A DNA stretch of 64,000 nt from an uncultured Candidatus Entotheonella sp. (lineage in GTDB: Bacteria; Tectomicrobia; Entotheonellia; Entotheonellales; Entotheonellaceae). The notes beneath the pieces were generated by a model that saw only the letters and a program-made list of their open reading frames with translations, had not been told where the DNA came from and did no database searches. Both the position numbers and the translations under genes were made by a program. This document shows positions 28,126 through 39,496 of the stretch, piece after piece. How positions within the stretch are numbered: the first letter of the stretch is position 1; each line of letters opens with the position of its first letter. The stretch spans positions 1,312,001 through 1,376,000 of the forward strand of contig CBDCDA010000001.1 of assembly GCA_965215335.1 (NCBI GenBank). The letters are read 5' to 3'.

Positions 28126-29415
28126 ATGGCCAAAAACGTTGCGATCATCATCCTGGCAGGTCTGCTGGTACTGGTTGTCGGGCTGTTGATCGCCAGCAAT
28201 CCGCACTGGTTCGCTACGCTGCAAGAGGCGCGGCGCGTCCTGCCGGTCACCGGCCCCCAGCAGGGCGCTGAGGGGCCGTCTCACCTCGCGCCGGGCCGAC
28301 ATGACGACGAACACGAGGCAGACCCCTCGGAGGGCATCGAACTCACCCCCGAGGAGGCGGAGCGCCTCGGCCTGCAAACCGCCAGCGTCGAGCCGCACGT
28401 GATTGAAGAAACGGTGACCGTCAACGGCGTCATCCGGCCTATTCCCGACCTGGTGGCATCGGTCAGCAGCCGCGTGGCCGGCAAGGTCATGCGCGTCGTC
28501 GGCAATGTCGGCGATGCGGTGCAGGAGGGCCAGACGCTGGCCGAGCTGCAGAGCACGGCTCTGGAGGAGTTGCAGACCGATCTGCAGACCGAGTTGCTGC
28601 AAGCCCGCAACCGCCTGCAACTCGCCACCGCTGACTTGGCGCGTCTCCGCTATCTCGTTGAGCGCGGCATCGGCGCCAAGCGCGTGCTGCTGCAAAAGGA
28701 GACGGAGGTCAGCAGCATCAACGTGGAAATCGCCGGCATCGAAAACCGCCTGCGCATCATCGGCCTGGAGCCGGAGTCATCCGACTCGGCTCAGGACGGC
28801 GCCCAAGCCGCCTCGATCCTCACCCTGCGAGCGCCACGCACCGGCGTCATCATGCACCGCGACGTCACCCTCGGTGAGACCATCGACCCCGCCAAGATGC
28901 TCTTCCGCATCGCCGACATGCAGCGCGTTTACGCCGAGGGGGAGGCCTTCGAAATCGACGCCGCGGCGCTCCGCAAGGGCCTGCCCGTGCGGGTACAGGT
29001 GCCGGCCTATCCTGGGCGCACGTTCGACGGCGAGATCGCCGGCATCAACTACGAGGTCGAGTCGAAGGAGAAGACCATTCCCTTCCGGGTCGAGATTGCC
29101 AACGACCCGCCGTACCCGCTGAAGTCCAACATGACCGCCATCCTCACGGTCACCGTCGGCAGCCGCGGTAACACCCTGGCGGTGCCGCACGCCGCGGTGA
29201 TCAGCGACGGCGCCGAATCGGCCGTCTTCGTGCAGGAGGACGGCAGCTTCCACAAGCGCACGGTGCGGCTCGGCATCCGCGACGACCGCTACGCCGAGAT
29301 CAGGAGCGGCCTGGAGGCCGGGGAGCAGGTGGTGACGACGGGGAAACGGCAGCTATACACCATCCTGCGGCTGGGACGCGACAGCGACGATCTCGAGGAA
29401 ATGGGCGGCGATTAG
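28126..29415 (+). CDS. CzcB/HlyD-type periplasmic adaptor
   Basis: N-terminal TM, His/acidic stretch, lipoyl-like GD.V..GQ.L, LRAP..G, AVP..AV. Confidence 0.9.
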   Translation: MAKNVAIIILAGLLVLVVGLLIASNPHWFATLQEARRVLPVTGPQQGAEGPSHLAPGRHDDEHEADPSEGIELTPEEAERLGLQTASVEPHVIEETVTVNGVIRPIPDLVASVSSRVAGKVMRVVGNVGDAVQEGQTLAELQSTALEELQTDLQTELLQARNRLQLATADLARLRYLVERGIGAKRVLLQKETEVSSINVEIAGIENRLRIIGLEPESSDSAQDGAQAASILTLRAPRTGVIMHRDVTLGETIDPAKMLFRIADMQRVYAEGEAFEIDAAALRKGLPVRVQVPAYPGRTFDGEIAGINYEVESKEKTIPFRVEIANDPPYPLKSNMTAILTVTVGSRGNTLAVPHAAVISDGAESAVFVQEDGSFHKRTVRLGIRDDRYAEIRSGLEAGEQVVTTGKRQLYTILRLGRDSDDLEEMGGD

Positions 29416-29524
29416 CGATTAAGGGCAGTGATCAGGGGCCAATAAAACCCTGGGCCGGCCAGCGATCACTGGCCGCCGGTTTTCGTCTTTGCTGGCCAAC
29501 TGGCCACTAATCACTGGGGTTTCC

Positions 29525-32500
29525 ATGTTCAGCAAGCTCATTCAGTGGTCTCTGGAAAATCGGCTGGTGGTGGTGGTCGGCGTCATCGCCACCGCCATTG
29601 CCGGTATCATGGCGGCGCGCGAAATCCACCTCGACGTGTTCCCGGACTTCGCACCGCCGCAGGTGGTGATCCTGACGGAGGCGCCGGGATTCTCGCCGGA
29701 AGAGGTGGAAACGCTGCTTGCCCTGCCCATCGAGGCCGCCCTGAACGGCACCCCCGACGTGGTCAGCGTGCGGTCGTCAGCCATCGTCGGCCTGTCCACC
29801 ATCGTGGCGGTGTTCGAGTGGGGCACCGATCTCACCGTCGCGCGCCAGAAGGTCGCCGAGCGGCTTCGGCAGGCCGAGCAGCAGCTTCCCCGGGGCGTCG
29901 AGGCGCCCGTCATGCTGCCGGTGGCGTCGGTCATGGGCCGTCTGCTGGAGTACGGCCTCACCTACGAAGGCGACGACGACGCGGTGTCCGACCTCGATCT
30001 GCGGACCATCTGCGAGTGGGACATCCGCAACCGCCTGCTGGCCGTTTCGGGCGTCGCCTCGGTAGTCTGCATCGGCGGCGGTGTCAAGCAGTACCAAGTG
30101 GTCGTCTCACCCCACAAGCTCAAGGCCTACGATCTCACCCTGCCGGAGGTCATCGAGGCCGTCGAGGCGGCCAACCTGAATCTGCCGGGCGGGGTGCTGA
30201 AAAGCTCGGACCAGGAATACGTCGTCACCGGGCGCGGGCGTATCACCTCGTTGGAAGATTTGCGAAACTCCGTCATCACGATGCGGGGCGGCAACCCGAT
30301 CACCATTGCCCAGGTGGCCGAGGTGCAGCTGGGCGCGGCGCCGAAGCGCGGCGACGCCAGCCTGAACGGCGGCAAGCCCCTGGTCCTCGGCGCCGCCACC
30401 AAAGCCTTCGGCGCCGACACGCTGACGACCACCTACGCGGTCGAGGCGGCGCTCGACGAGATTGAACCGACGCTGCCCGAGGGCGTCAAGCTGCACAAGG
30501 CGCTGTTCCGCCAGGCGACCTTCATCGAGGCCACCATCGAGAACCTGAGGGCCGCGCTGCTGCAAGGCGCCGGCATCGTCACCGCCGTCCTGTTCATCTT
30601 CTTCCTCAGCTTCCGGCCCTCATTCGTCAGCTTCCTGGCCATGCCGTTCTCGTTGCTGCTGGCGATCATCGTGCTCAGGGCCCTCGACGTCGGGATCAAC
30701 GCCATGACCCTCGGCGGCATGTCGGTGGCCCTCGGCGGCGTGGTCGACGACGCCATCATCGACGTGGAGAACATCTTCCGGCGGCTGCGCGAAAACCGCC
30801 AGCGTGCCGTTCCCGATTCCCCTCTGCGGGTGATCTACCGCGCCTCGATGGAAATCCGTACCTCCATTGTCTACGCCACCCTCATCACCATGGTCGTCTT
30901 CTTGCCGGTGTTCTTCCTGTCCGGCCCCGAGGGACGCATTTTCACGCCGCTGGGGATTTCCTACTGCATCGCCATCTTCGCCTCGCTGCTGGTCGCCTTC
31001 ACGCAGACGCCGGTGCTGTGCTCACTGTTCCTGACCGGCGGCCGGCTGCTGGACAAGGAGAGCGCCACGAGCGTCGGGCTGAAGAACGTCTACCGGCGGG
31101 TGCTGCAACCGGCGCTGCGACATCCGTGGTGGGTAGTCGGGTGCGCCGCGGCCATGCTGTGCGCGACGATCGCGCTGATCCCCGCGCTGGGGCGGGAATT
31201 CCTGCCGCGCTTCCACGAGGGGAATTTCATCGTCGCCATGACGGCCCTGCCCGGCACCTCGCTGGAGGAATCCATGCGCCTCGGGCGGCAGGCGCAGGAG
31301 CGGCTGCTGACCTATCCCGAGGTGGTGTCGGTGGTGCAACGGGTGGGTATGGGCGAGGTCGGCGAGGAGGTGTCGCCGGTCAACTTCAGTGAGTTCGACA
31401 TCACCCTGCACTTTGCCGAGCGCGACCCCGACGAACTGATCCGGGCCATCCGTGCCGACCTGGGCCAACTGCCCGGCGTAGCCATCAGCGTCGGGCAGTT
31501 CATCGCACATCGCATGGACGAGGCGCTGTCCGGCGTCACCGCCCAGATCGCCGTGAAAATTTTCGGCCCCGACCTCGACATACTGTGGGACAAGGGGCAG
31601 GAGGTACGGACCATCATGCAGCGCGTCGACGGCGTGACCGATCTCGAGCTGGAGCCGCTCGTCAACGTGCCCATGGTGGCCGTCAAAGTAGACCGCCCGA
31701 AAGCCGCCAGCTACGGCCTGCCGGCCGAGGACGTGTTGCGCGTCGTCGAGGTGTTCGGCAACGGCTACGTGGTTTCCCAGGTCGTCGAGGACCAGAAGTC
31801 GTTCGATCTGGTGGTGCGGTTCGCGTCCGCCGGGTCGCCCGACCTGGAGGCGCTGCGGGACGTGCTGCTGGACACGCCCACCGGCGCCCGCGTGCCGCTG
31901 CGACAGGTCGCCGACGTGTTCCTCGAAGCGCGCCCGTACATCATCAACCGCGAGGACGTCATGCGCCGCATCGTGGCACGCTGCAATGTCGAGGGGCGAG
32001 ACCTCGGCAGCGTCGTCGACGACATACGCGCGCGTGTCAGTGCCGAGGTGACGCTGCCGTCGGGCTATTTCGTGCAATATGGCGGCCAGTTCGAGAGCCA
32101 GCAGCGAAGCCAGCGGATCATCATGCTGCTGGGTCTCGCCTCGGTTTTCATCATCTTTATGCTCCTGTATCAGGCGCTGGGCTCGGCGAAGGCGGCACTG
32201 CTGGTCATGGTCAACCTGCCGCTGGCGCTGATCGGCGGCGTGCTGGCGGTCTACTGGACGGATGGTGTGCTGAGCATTTCCTCGCTGATCGGCTTTGTGG
32301 CGGTGTTCGGCATCGCCACGCGCAACGGCATCATTCTCATTACGCACTGCCAGCACCTCATTCGGGAGGAAGGCCGGCCAGTGAACGAGGCGGTTCTGCA
32401 GGGCGCCCTCGACCGCCTGAGCCCGGTGCTGATGACCGCGGCGTCCACGGCACTCGGGCTGTTCCCGCTGGTCGTCGGCAGCCCTGTCGGCAAGGAGTTG

Positions 32501-32662
32501 GAGCGTCCCCTGGCCTGGGTGATCCTGGGCGGCCTGGCCAGCTCGACGCTCCTCAATCTCATCGTGGTGCCGACGCTGGCCGCGCCCCTGGCCGTGCTGT
32601 GGCGGCCCGACAACGACTCCGACCTGCAGAAAACGCCCTCAGCCCGGCATATGCCGGGCTGA
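29525..32662 (+). CDS. CzcA/CusA-family heavy-metal RND permease
   Basis: LDVFPD, GGVVDDAIIDVENI, RNGIILI, RLSPVLMTA. Confidence 0.93.
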   Translation: MFSKLIQWSLENRLVVVVGVIATAIAGIMAAREIHLDVFPDFAPPQVVILTEAPGFSPEEVETLLALPIEAALNGTPDVVSVRSSAIVGLSTIVAVFEWGTDLTVARQKVAERLRQAEQQLPRGVEAPVMLPVASVMGRLLEYGLTYEGDDDAVSDLDLRTICEWDIRNRLLAVSGVASVVCIGGGVKQYQVVVSPHKLKAYDLTLPEVIEAVEAANLNLPGGVLKSSDQEYVVTGRGRITSLEDLRNSVITMRGGNPITIAQVAEVQLGAAPKRGDASLNGGKPLVLGAATKAFGADTLTTTYAVEAALDEIEPTLPEGVKLHKALFRQATFIEATIENLRAALLQGAGIVTAVLFIFFLSFRPSFVSFLAMPFSLLLAIIVLRALDVGINAMTLGGMSVALGGVVDDAIIDVENIFRRLRENRQRAVPDSPLRVIYRASMEIRTSIVYATLITMVVFLPVFFLSGPEGRIFTPLGISYCIAIFASLLVAFTQTPVLCSLFLTGGRLLDKESATSVGLKNVYRRVLQPALRHPWWVVGCAAAMLCATIALIPALGREFLPRFHEGNFIVAMTALPGTSLEESMRLGRQAQERLLTYPEVVSVVQRVGMGEVGEEVSPVNFSEFDITLHFAERDPDELIRAIRADLGQLPGVAISVGQFIAHRMDEALSGVTAQIAVKIFGPDLDILWDKGQEVRTIMQRVDGVTDLELEPLVNVPMVAVKVDRPKAASYGLPAEDVLRVVEVFGNGYVVSQVVEDQKSFDLVVRFASAGSPDLEALRDVLLDTPTGARVPLRQVADVFLEARPYIINREDVMRRIVARCNVEGRDLGSVVDDIRARVSAEVTLPSGYFVQYGGQFESQQRSQRIIMLLGLASVFIIFMLLYQALGSAKAALLVMVNLPLALIGGVLAVYWTDGVLSISSLIGFVAVFGIATRNGIILITHCQHLIREEGRPVNEAVLQGALDRLSPVLMTAASTALGLFPLVVGSPVGKELERPLAWVILGGLASSTLLNLIVVPTLAAPLAVLWRPDNDSDLQKTPSARHMPG

Positions 32663-32665
32663 GGG
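32636..32665. terminator. Perfect 30-bp palindrome overlapping the RND stop codon (hairpin or terminator candidate)
   Basis: CCCTCAGCCCGGCAT|ATGCCGGGCTGAGGG; no U-tract. Confidence 0.4.
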
Positions 32666-32683
32666 GTCAAAATCAGCACGCCA

Positions 32684-32698
32684 GGCTCAGGACTCATA
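32684..32698 (-). mobile_element. Orphan IS5 right terminal repeat
   Basis: GGCTCAGGACTCATA is the reverse complement of the IS5 right end TATGAGTCCTGAGCC. Confidence 0.65.
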
Positions 32699-32934
32699 AT
32701 CGGATTGACGATTTTGATCTTGAACAAGGCGGATGACGAGAGTCGCCAGGCAGGTGATACGGGCGCGGTGCAAGCCAAAGGTGGATTGGAGTAGGTGGTT
32801 ACACCTTTGGTTATCGCTTTTTGTCGTGTACAACGAGAACTGGGGAAATTTTTGCGACTACCTTGCTCTCAAAACTGTCCGAAGTATTGACCAACCAAAC
32901 TTAAAGGATATTTGTACAACTTAATGAGGAAAGC

Positions 32935-34002
32935 ATGACCCCCAAGATTCCAGCAGAACGGATTTTACTCATACAGTTTCGTAAAATCGGTGACGTACTG
33001 CTGAACACGCCGGTGGTGCGTGCCCTGCGTCAACACTACCCGCAAAGCTATATTGTCTATTGCACCGAGCCGATACCGGCCGGAGTGCTCAAGGGCAATC
33101 CCGCGGTTGATGAGATCCTTCTGTACCCCCGCCCAGCCACACTGCATGATGCCTGGCAGCTCATACGCCGCATCCGCCAATACGGCTTTGACCTCGTGAT
33201 CGATCTCATGGGCAATCCCCGCAGTGCGCTGCTTTCCCTGATGAGTGGCGCGCGGCACCGCGTGGCATTCGCCCGTTGGCCGCGGTCACTCTGTTACACC
33301 ATCTTGGTGGATCATCGCCCTGAGCTTCAGGAATACACCGTCAAAAAACGACTGCGCTTGCTGGAACCGCTTGGCATTCACGCCTTCGATGTCTCGACGA
33401 CCCTGACGTATACCCCGCAGGACCGCGAGCTGGTTGATCATTTTCTGAAGGAAAATGGGGTCAGGCCGGACGACCTGCTCATTTGCATTGATCCCACCCA
33501 CGGGGCCATCACCGGGCAGTGGCCAAGCCAGCGCTTCAGCGAACTCGCAGACCTGTTGAGTGAAAAATTGGGCGCCCGGGTCTGTCTCTTGTGGGGACCT
33601 GGCGAGAAAGAATATGCAGCGACAATTGCCGCGGCGACCCGCTCCGAGCCCATTCTCAATCCGCCGTTGGAGTTATCCCAAGTGGCGGCCCTGCTGCATC
33701 GCGCCGATCTGTTCGTTGGATGCGATTCCGGCCCCGGGCACATCGCCATCAGCCAACAGACCCCCACGGTAACCGTATCTGGCGCTCAGCACGGCGCTGT
33801 CTGGCGTCCAGCGGAACCACAGCACCGGGTGGTGACGCTCGGGTTGCCGTGTCAGCCGTGTCATCAAAAACAATGCGGCCCGCCGCTTGATATTGCGTGT
33901 TTGCGGACACTTCCGGTGGAAATGGTATTCGAAGCCGTGCTCGCCAGCCAGCCGTGGGTGCCGAGGTTGCAACCTCGGCACCCTTCTCATTCATCGAGAT
34001 GA
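32935..34002 (+). CDS. Glycosyltransferase family 9 (heptosyltransferase-like)
   Basis: RILLIQFRKIGDVLLNTP, W....F..L, GCDSGPGHIA, C-terminal CxxC. Confidence 0.9.
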   Translation: MTPKIPAERILLIQFRKIGDVLLNTPVVRALRQHYPQSYIVYCTEPIPAGVLKGNPAVDEILLYPRPATLHDAWQLIRRIRQYGFDLVIDLMGNPRSALLSLMSGARHRVAFARWPRSLCYTILVDHRPELQEYTVKKRLRLLEPLGIHAFDVSTTLTYTPQDRELVDHFLKENGVRPDDLLICIDPTHGAITGQWPSQRFSELADLLSEKLGARVCLLWGPGEKEYAATIAAATRSEPILNPPLELSQVAALLHRADLFVGCDSGPGHIAISQQTPTVTVSGAQHGAVWRPAEPQHRVVTLGLPCQPCHQKQCGPPLDIACLRTLPVEMVFEAVLASQPWVPRLQPRHPSHSSR

Positions 34003-34102
34003 CGTCCTGGGCGGGTCCCCACACACCGCCCCTTGACAATCCCTTTCAACTGCATCTCGAGGCTCAAGGCGAACGCAAGGCCCGCCTTTCGGCTCGTGCG
34101 GT

Positions 34103-35179
34103 CTACGTGAAGCCGCTACTCTCCCACATGGCCTTGGCCGCGGCCAGTATGCGGGCACTGGAAACGTCCTGCATGCAGGCGTGATGCCCATGCGGGCAGC
34201 GCCGCGAACCCTTGGTGCTGCACGGGCGGCAGGGCAGGGGCTCGCTGATGGTCTCGGCACGGGCCTGAAACGGGTAAAAGCCGAACTCCTGAACGGTGGG
34301 GCCGAAAATCGCCACGACGGGAACCTGCAGGGCGGTCGCCATGTGCATGAGGCCGGAATCGTTGCTGATAAGCAAGCGGCAACGGCTCAACAGGGCGGCG
34401 CTGTGCATGAGTGACAAGGCGCCGGCGCCGTTGACGACCGGCACGTCCAGCTTGTCGCACAGGGCGCGGGCCAGTTGTACCTCGTCCGGGCCGCCCAGGA
34501 CGACGACGGCTGCCTGCTTTTCCCGCGCCAATTCCTGCGCTACGGTAGCAAAGCGTTCCACGGGCCAGCGCTTGGTCGACCAGTGGGCACCGGGCGCCAC
34601 CGCCAGCAAGAGCTGATTCGGAGCATCGGGCAGGCTGCGGGCGATATAGGTCTGCATTGCTTCCGTGCTCTCGGTATCGAGGTGCATTATCGGTGCGCCC
34701 AACCGGCCCGTGAGGCCCAGGCGTCGCAGGGGCGCCGCATAGAGTTCGGGCACCGGCGTCATGCGCCGCAGGGTGTTCCAGCCCAGACGCACCAGCAGGG
34801 CACGGCGCAGGACTCGCTTGTTGTACACCCGCTTGCGGCACGCCCGCAGCCCCCGCAGGAGCACTTGACTGCGCGGCGTGCCATGCAAATCCAGGGCAAG
34901 GTCGTAGCAGTCGCTGCGCAGACTGCGCAGCGTGCGCAACAGGGATTGCCGGGAATCGAACGTCAGCAGGCGGGCAATACCGGGATGGACCCGCAACAAA
35001 TCGCGGTATTCGGCCTTGACGAGCACGTCGACCTGCGTCTGTGGACAGGCGATGCCCAACAGGTTCAACAGCGGTGTCATCAGCAGAATATCGCCCAACG
35101 AACTCAGACGGATCAACAGGATGCGCCGCAGTTCGTCGAACGCGAGGGGATTGTCAGGCGGAGCGGTGGCTGAAGACAT
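34103..35179 (-). CDS. Glycosyltransferase family 9 (heptosyltransferase II-like)
   Basis: IRLSSLGDILLMTP, APGA....KRWP, NDSGLMHMA, IFGPT; start uncertain. Confidence 0.9.
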   Translation of the reverse strand: MSSATAPPDNPLAFDELRRILLIRLSSLGDILLMTPLLNLLGIACPQTQVDVLVKAEYRDLLRVHPGIARLLTFDSRQSLLRTLRSLRSDCYDLALDLHGTPRSQVLLRGLRACRKRVYNKRVLRRALLVRLGWNTLRRMTPVPELYAAPLRRLGLTGRLGAPIMHLDTESTEAMQTYIARSLPDAPNQLLLAVAPGAHWSTKRWPVERFATVAQELAREKQAAVVVLGGPDEVQLARALCDKLDVPVVNGAGALSLMHSAALLSRCRLLISNDSGLMHMATALQVPVVAIFGPTVQEFGFYPFQARAETISEPLPCRPCSTKGSRRCPHGHHACMQDVSSARILAAAKAMWESSGFT

Positions 35180-35384
35180 CGACGTATACGTTGAGATGAG
35201 TGACGGCTGTTCGTCGCGGTTGGGTCTGACGTACCGAAGTATAGTATACTCCGTGGGAAGTCGCTTGAATATCATCCTTTCCCGATGGTTGGAGACGGGT
35301 CAACTACAGACATGCAAGAATTGCGTGGCCAGCCGCTCGGATGGGACCGCCCAATTTATTGGCTGTGCGAAAGCCGAGGCCCAA

Positions 35385-36134
35385 ATGCGCACGCTCAGTG
35401 TGGTTATCGTCGCCAAGAACGAGGAACGCTGCGTCGCAAAATGCCTCGAATCGGTCAAGTGGGCCGACGAGATCATCGTGCTCGATTCAGGCAGCACGGA
35501 CAGCACGGTAGAGATTTGCCGCACGTATACACCCAACGTGTACGAGACCGATTGGCCGGGCTACGGTGTGCAAAAAGGCCGGGCGCTCGCCAAGGCCACC
35601 TGCGACTGGGTACTTTCCGTCGACGCGGACGAGGAGGTGACGGAGGGTCTGCGCCGGGAGATTCAAGGCTGCATGGCGCAGGGTAGCGCTGGATATGCCG
35701 GCTACAAAATTCCCCGGCTCAACAAAGTGTGTGGTAAGTACATGCGCCACGGGGAGTGGTGGCCGGACCGCCACCCGCGCTTGGCACGCAGAGACAAAGC
35801 CGCCTTCAACACCAGACGGGTGCACGGGGGCATGGCGGTCGACGGGAGCATTGGCTTTCTTACGCAACCCCTGCTCCACGACACTGCGCCCAACTTGGAA
35901 ACCATGTTGTTCAAGGCAAATCGATTCAGCAGCTTGGGCGCCGAGGAGCGATTTGCCAAGGGCAAGCGATGCGGTTTTTTAAAACCAATGGCACACGGAA
36001 TGTGGACGTTTTTCCGAGCATATGTTGTGAAGGCCGGATTCCTTGACGGTTCAATGGGTTTTATTTCTGCAGTATTAAGGGCCGAAGAAAGCTATTACAA
36101 ATATCTGAAACTCTGGTTATTGAACAGACACTGA
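35385..36134 (+). CDS. Glycosyltransferase family 2 (WaaE/KdtX-like LPS core transferase)
   Basis: LSVVIVAKNEE, DSGSTD, WVLSVDADE, KAGFLDG..G. Confidence 0.9.
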   Translation: MRTLSVVIVAKNEERCVAKCLESVKWADEIIVLDSGSTDSTVEICRTYTPNVYETDWPGYGVQKGRALAKATCDWVLSVDADEEVTEGLRREIQGCMAQGSAGYAGYKIPRLNKVCGKYMRHGEWWPDRHPRLARRDKAAFNTRRVHGGMAVDGSIGFLTQPLLHDTAPNLETMLFKANRFSSLGAEERFAKGKRCGFLKPMAHGMWTFFRAYVVKAGFLDGSMGFISAVLRAEESYYKYLKLWLLNRH

Positions 36135-36284
36135 CACTAAAAAATTCCTCTATAAATCATCTTCAAGGGCATTTCAAGATTGTATAGATATCTATGTTCA
36201 GACTTTCAGATACGTCGACTCAAAGAGGTCCAGGACATGATACCAGTCAGTTTTGAAAAACGATAGAATAACTGCAAGACATTT

Positions 36285-37430
36285 ATGGATGAGCCGAGTT
36301 CTTTTCTAAACATACTTTTGCTGACCTATCAGGGCGATGTGGCAGGCTCGACGTACTCCATGAGCTACCTTGTCAAAGGACTTGCCGCAAAAGGGCACCG
36401 GGTCGCGGTCGGGTGCAGGCAAGGTTCGCTGCTCTACAAGCTACTGGAAGGCAGCGAGGCCATCGTTTGCCCCATGACGTTCGGCGGTAGATTCGACACG
36501 TCAAATTGGAAACAGATTCATACTGCCGTGAAGCGCTATGCCATTCAAGTGATCAATCCACAATCAAGCATGGACAGGTACACCGTTGCGTTTGCCAAAT
36601 GGCGCTACAGGCTTCCGGTCAAAGTCGTCCATACCAGGCGTCAGATGCCCGCCAGCTCGGGAGGGTGGCCGCAAGCGCTGTTTTATATGTGTGCGACCGA
36701 TAAAATTGTCGCGGTTAGCCAAGCTGTCAAAGAAGGCTTGGTCGCTATGGGAGTCCGCCCCTCACACATCCGGGTCATATACAACGGAACACCCGCTTCG
36801 AAATATGATCAGGCCGATCCCTCACAAACGGAACGGCTGCGCAAGCAATATGGTCTGAAGTCCTTGATACCCGTTGTCGGATGCGTCGCCCGGATGAAAA
36901 GGCAAAACCAGATCCTGCAAGCCGCAACCCGGCTCCCGGAGCCTTTGACGTTGCTATTCGTCGGGATCGAGAAAAACCACCTGGACCCAGACCTGCTGTC
37001 GAAACTGAGCGATGACAAGCCAGTCATTTGCACGGGCACCGTGACTGCCGAATCGGCACTTGCCCACTATGGCTTGTTTGATTCCTTTGTCCTGCCATCG
37101 GTCACGGAAGGGTTGTCGCAATCCATCCTCGAAGCGATGACGCTCGGCATTCCGGTCATAGCGACAAAGGCCGGTGGAAACGGGGAGTTGATCCGAGACG
37201 GCGTCGATGGATATTTGTTCGACGACGGAGACACCGATAAGCTGGCTGATCTCGTCGAGCTGGTCCACCATGACAAAGCGGTTCGGGAGGGCCTGATTGC
37301 CAATGGCAGACGAAGAGCCCTGGAAGACTTTTCAATCAAAAATACCGTGAACCAATTTGAGCAATTGTTCAGCAGCCTTTGCAACCCCATAGATGGATGC
37401 GACATCGAACAGGAGTATATCTCTCAATGA
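36285..37430 (+). CDS. Glycosyltransferase family 4
   Basis: VIYNG, LPSVTEGLSQSILEAM, GGNGELI. Confidence 0.9.
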   Translation: MDEPSSFLNILLLTYQGDVAGSTYSMSYLVKGLAAKGHRVAVGCRQGSLLYKLLEGSEAIVCPMTFGGRFDTSNWKQIHTAVKRYAIQVINPQSSMDRYTVAFAKWRYRLPVKVVHTRRQMPASSGGWPQALFYMCATDKIVAVSQAVKEGLVAMGVRPSHIRVIYNGTPASKYDQADPSQTERLRKQYGLKSLIPVVGCVARMKRQNQILQAATRLPEPLTLLFVGIEKNHLDPDLLSKLSDDKPVICTGTVTAESALAHYGLFDSFVLPSVTEGLSQSILEAMTLGIPVIATKAGGNGELIRDGVDGYLFDDGDTDKLADLVELVHHDKAVREGLIANGRRRALEDFSIKNTVNQFEQLFSSLCNPIDGCDIEQEYISQ

Positions 37431-38332
37431 GATGCGTTGTAACCGGCGGCTGTGGGTTTATCGGCTCCCACGTTGTGGACGCCTTGGTGGCCCGCGGCGA
37501 CAGCGTGGTCGTGCTCGACGACCTGTCATCGGGAACCGCCGCCAACCTCAACGGCCAAGCCCGGTTGGTCAATGGCTCTATCCTCGACACGTTGGCCGTG
37601 GACAGCGCCGTGCGGGGCGCCGATTGTGCCTTCCACCTGGCGGCATGGGCACGGGTTCCCCGGTCGATCGAGGACCCGCTGGGCACGCACCAAGTCAACG
37701 TCGGCGGCACGCTGAATGTTCTCGAAGCGCTGCGGCGGCACAAAGTGCCCAGGCTCATCTACGTCTCGTCGTCGAGCGTGTACGGCAATCAGGCGACCCA
37801 TCTCATGCAGGAGGACATGGCACCCGATCCGCTGTCGCCCTACGGCCTGCAAAAGCTGATCGGTGAGCAGTACTGCACCCTATATGCCCGCATGTTCGGA
37901 ATCACTGTCGCCTCCCTGCGCTACTTCAACGCGTACGGTCCGCGACAGGTCTGCGAAGGACGCTACACGCTGGTCGTTGCCCGATTTCGCCAGCAGCGGG
38001 ACGCTGGCGAACCGATCACCGTATACGGCGACGGCTTGCAAACGCGACCGTACACCTATATTGACGACATTGTACGGGCAACCGTGTCAGCCAGCGTCGC
38101 GGCCCTTCCCGTCCACTGCAACACCATCCTGAACATCGGCTCCGACGAGGAAACCTCGGTGCTGGAAATCGCCCGGCTCACTGGCGGCGAGGTCAAGCAC
38201 GTCTTCCCGAATCCCCGCGGCCTATTCGAGGAACGCCGCAAAGCCGCTGACTACAGCCGCGCCAAAGCCCTCCTTGGCTGGCACCCTGTCGTCTCCTTCC
38301 GTACCGGTCTCGCGCTGACCTATCCGGAGTAG
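37427..38332 (+). CDS. NAD-dependent nucleotide-sugar epimerase/dehydratase
   Basis: TGGCGFIGSH, SSSSVYG, YGLQK, RYFNAYGPRQ; ATGA overlap with the GT4 gene. Confidence 0.92.
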   Translation: MRCVVTGGCGFIGSHVVDALVARGDSVVVLDDLSSGTAANLNGQARLVNGSILDTLAVDSAVRGADCAFHLAAWARVPRSIEDPLGTHQVNVGGTLNVLEALRRHKVPRLIYVSSSSVYGNQATHLMQEDMAPDPLSPYGLQKLIGEQYCTLYARMFGITVASLRYFNAYGPRQVCEGRYTLVVARFRQQRDAGEPITVYGDGLQTRPYTYIDDIVRATVSASVAALPVHCNTILNIGSDEETSVLEIARLTGGEVKHVFPNPRGLFEERRKAADYSRAKALLGWHPVVSFRTGLALTYPE

Positions 38333-39496
38333 GGCATGGTCCGTTGTCGTTGCGGCCTCGAGTTCTGGATACGATCCAGACTACCCCACCATCCGAAATG
38401 GTAGCGGATGACAGCTCGGAGCAGACAACGGCGTCGTTGATTCATCTTCATGAAATCCGACGTTCCGCTGCGACATACAGGCTGGTTTCTTCATGTTTCG
38501 GTCAGATACGAATCCGTGCAATCGAAGGAGGCACTATGGGCAAGGTGCTTCACGGCGGCGCCACGACCACGCACGCCGTCAGAAAAGCCATACAGCGATC
38601 GAAAGCTGCGCTCAAGGAACTGAGCCAAACCTGCGGCATCAACCCCAAGACCGTCCGAAAATGGCGAAAGCGAAACTCCGTCGAAGACCACAAGACAGGA
38701 CCCGGACAACCGCGCTCGACACTTCTCGGCGAGGACGAGGAAGCCCTCATCGTGGCCTTCCGCCGCCACACCCTGCTGCCACTCGACGACTGCCTCCATG
38801 CGCTCAAACCGACCCTCCCGCATCTCACCCGTTCGTCACTCCATCGCTGCCTGAGGCGTCATGACATCAGCCGCCTGCCACTCGAAGAGGGCGACAAACC
38901 CGAAAAGAAGCGCTTCAGGCGCTACCCTATCGGCTATTTCCATGTCGACATCGCCGAACTGCGCACCGCCGAGGGCAAACTCCATCGGTTCATCGCCATC
39001 GACCGGACCTCGAAGTTCGCCTTCGCCATACTGGTGGAACGCGCCACCACGAAAGGAGCGGCAGCATTCCTGGACGACCTGGTTGCAGCCGTGCCCTGCC
39101 AGGTCCATACGGTGCTGACCGACGATGGCATCGAGTTCGCCGATCTTGCCCGGAACCGAAGCGGTGCCACGGCGCGCTTGCGCGGTCACCTGTTCGAGCG
39201 GGCGTGTCGGCGCCATGGGATCGAGCACCGTCTGACGCAGCCCAACCATCCGTGGACCAACGCTCAGGCCAAGCGCCTGAACCGCACGGTCGAGGAGGCC
39301 ACCGTCAAGCGTTTCCACTACGAGAGTCATGCCCGACTACGCAGCCACCTGGATGATTTTCTGTCGGCCTACAACTTCGCGCGGCGTCTCAAGACCCTCC
39401 GGGGCCTCACGCCCTACGAATACATCTGCAAGGTCTGGACATCGGAGCCGCAAAGATTCAGAGTCGAGCCAAACCATCTAATCCCGGGACCATACA
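38333..39496 (+). mobile_element. IS481-family insertion sequence (left boundary approximate)
   Basis: Right end ...CCCGGGACCATACA shared with 6743-6760 and 62692; contains a transposase. Confidence 0.75.

Noticed and set aside
29416..29520. Structured RNA or riboswitch between the adaptor and RND genes
   Set aside because: Short imperfect inverted repeats (CAGTGATC/GATCACTG) only; no recognisable family or expression platform
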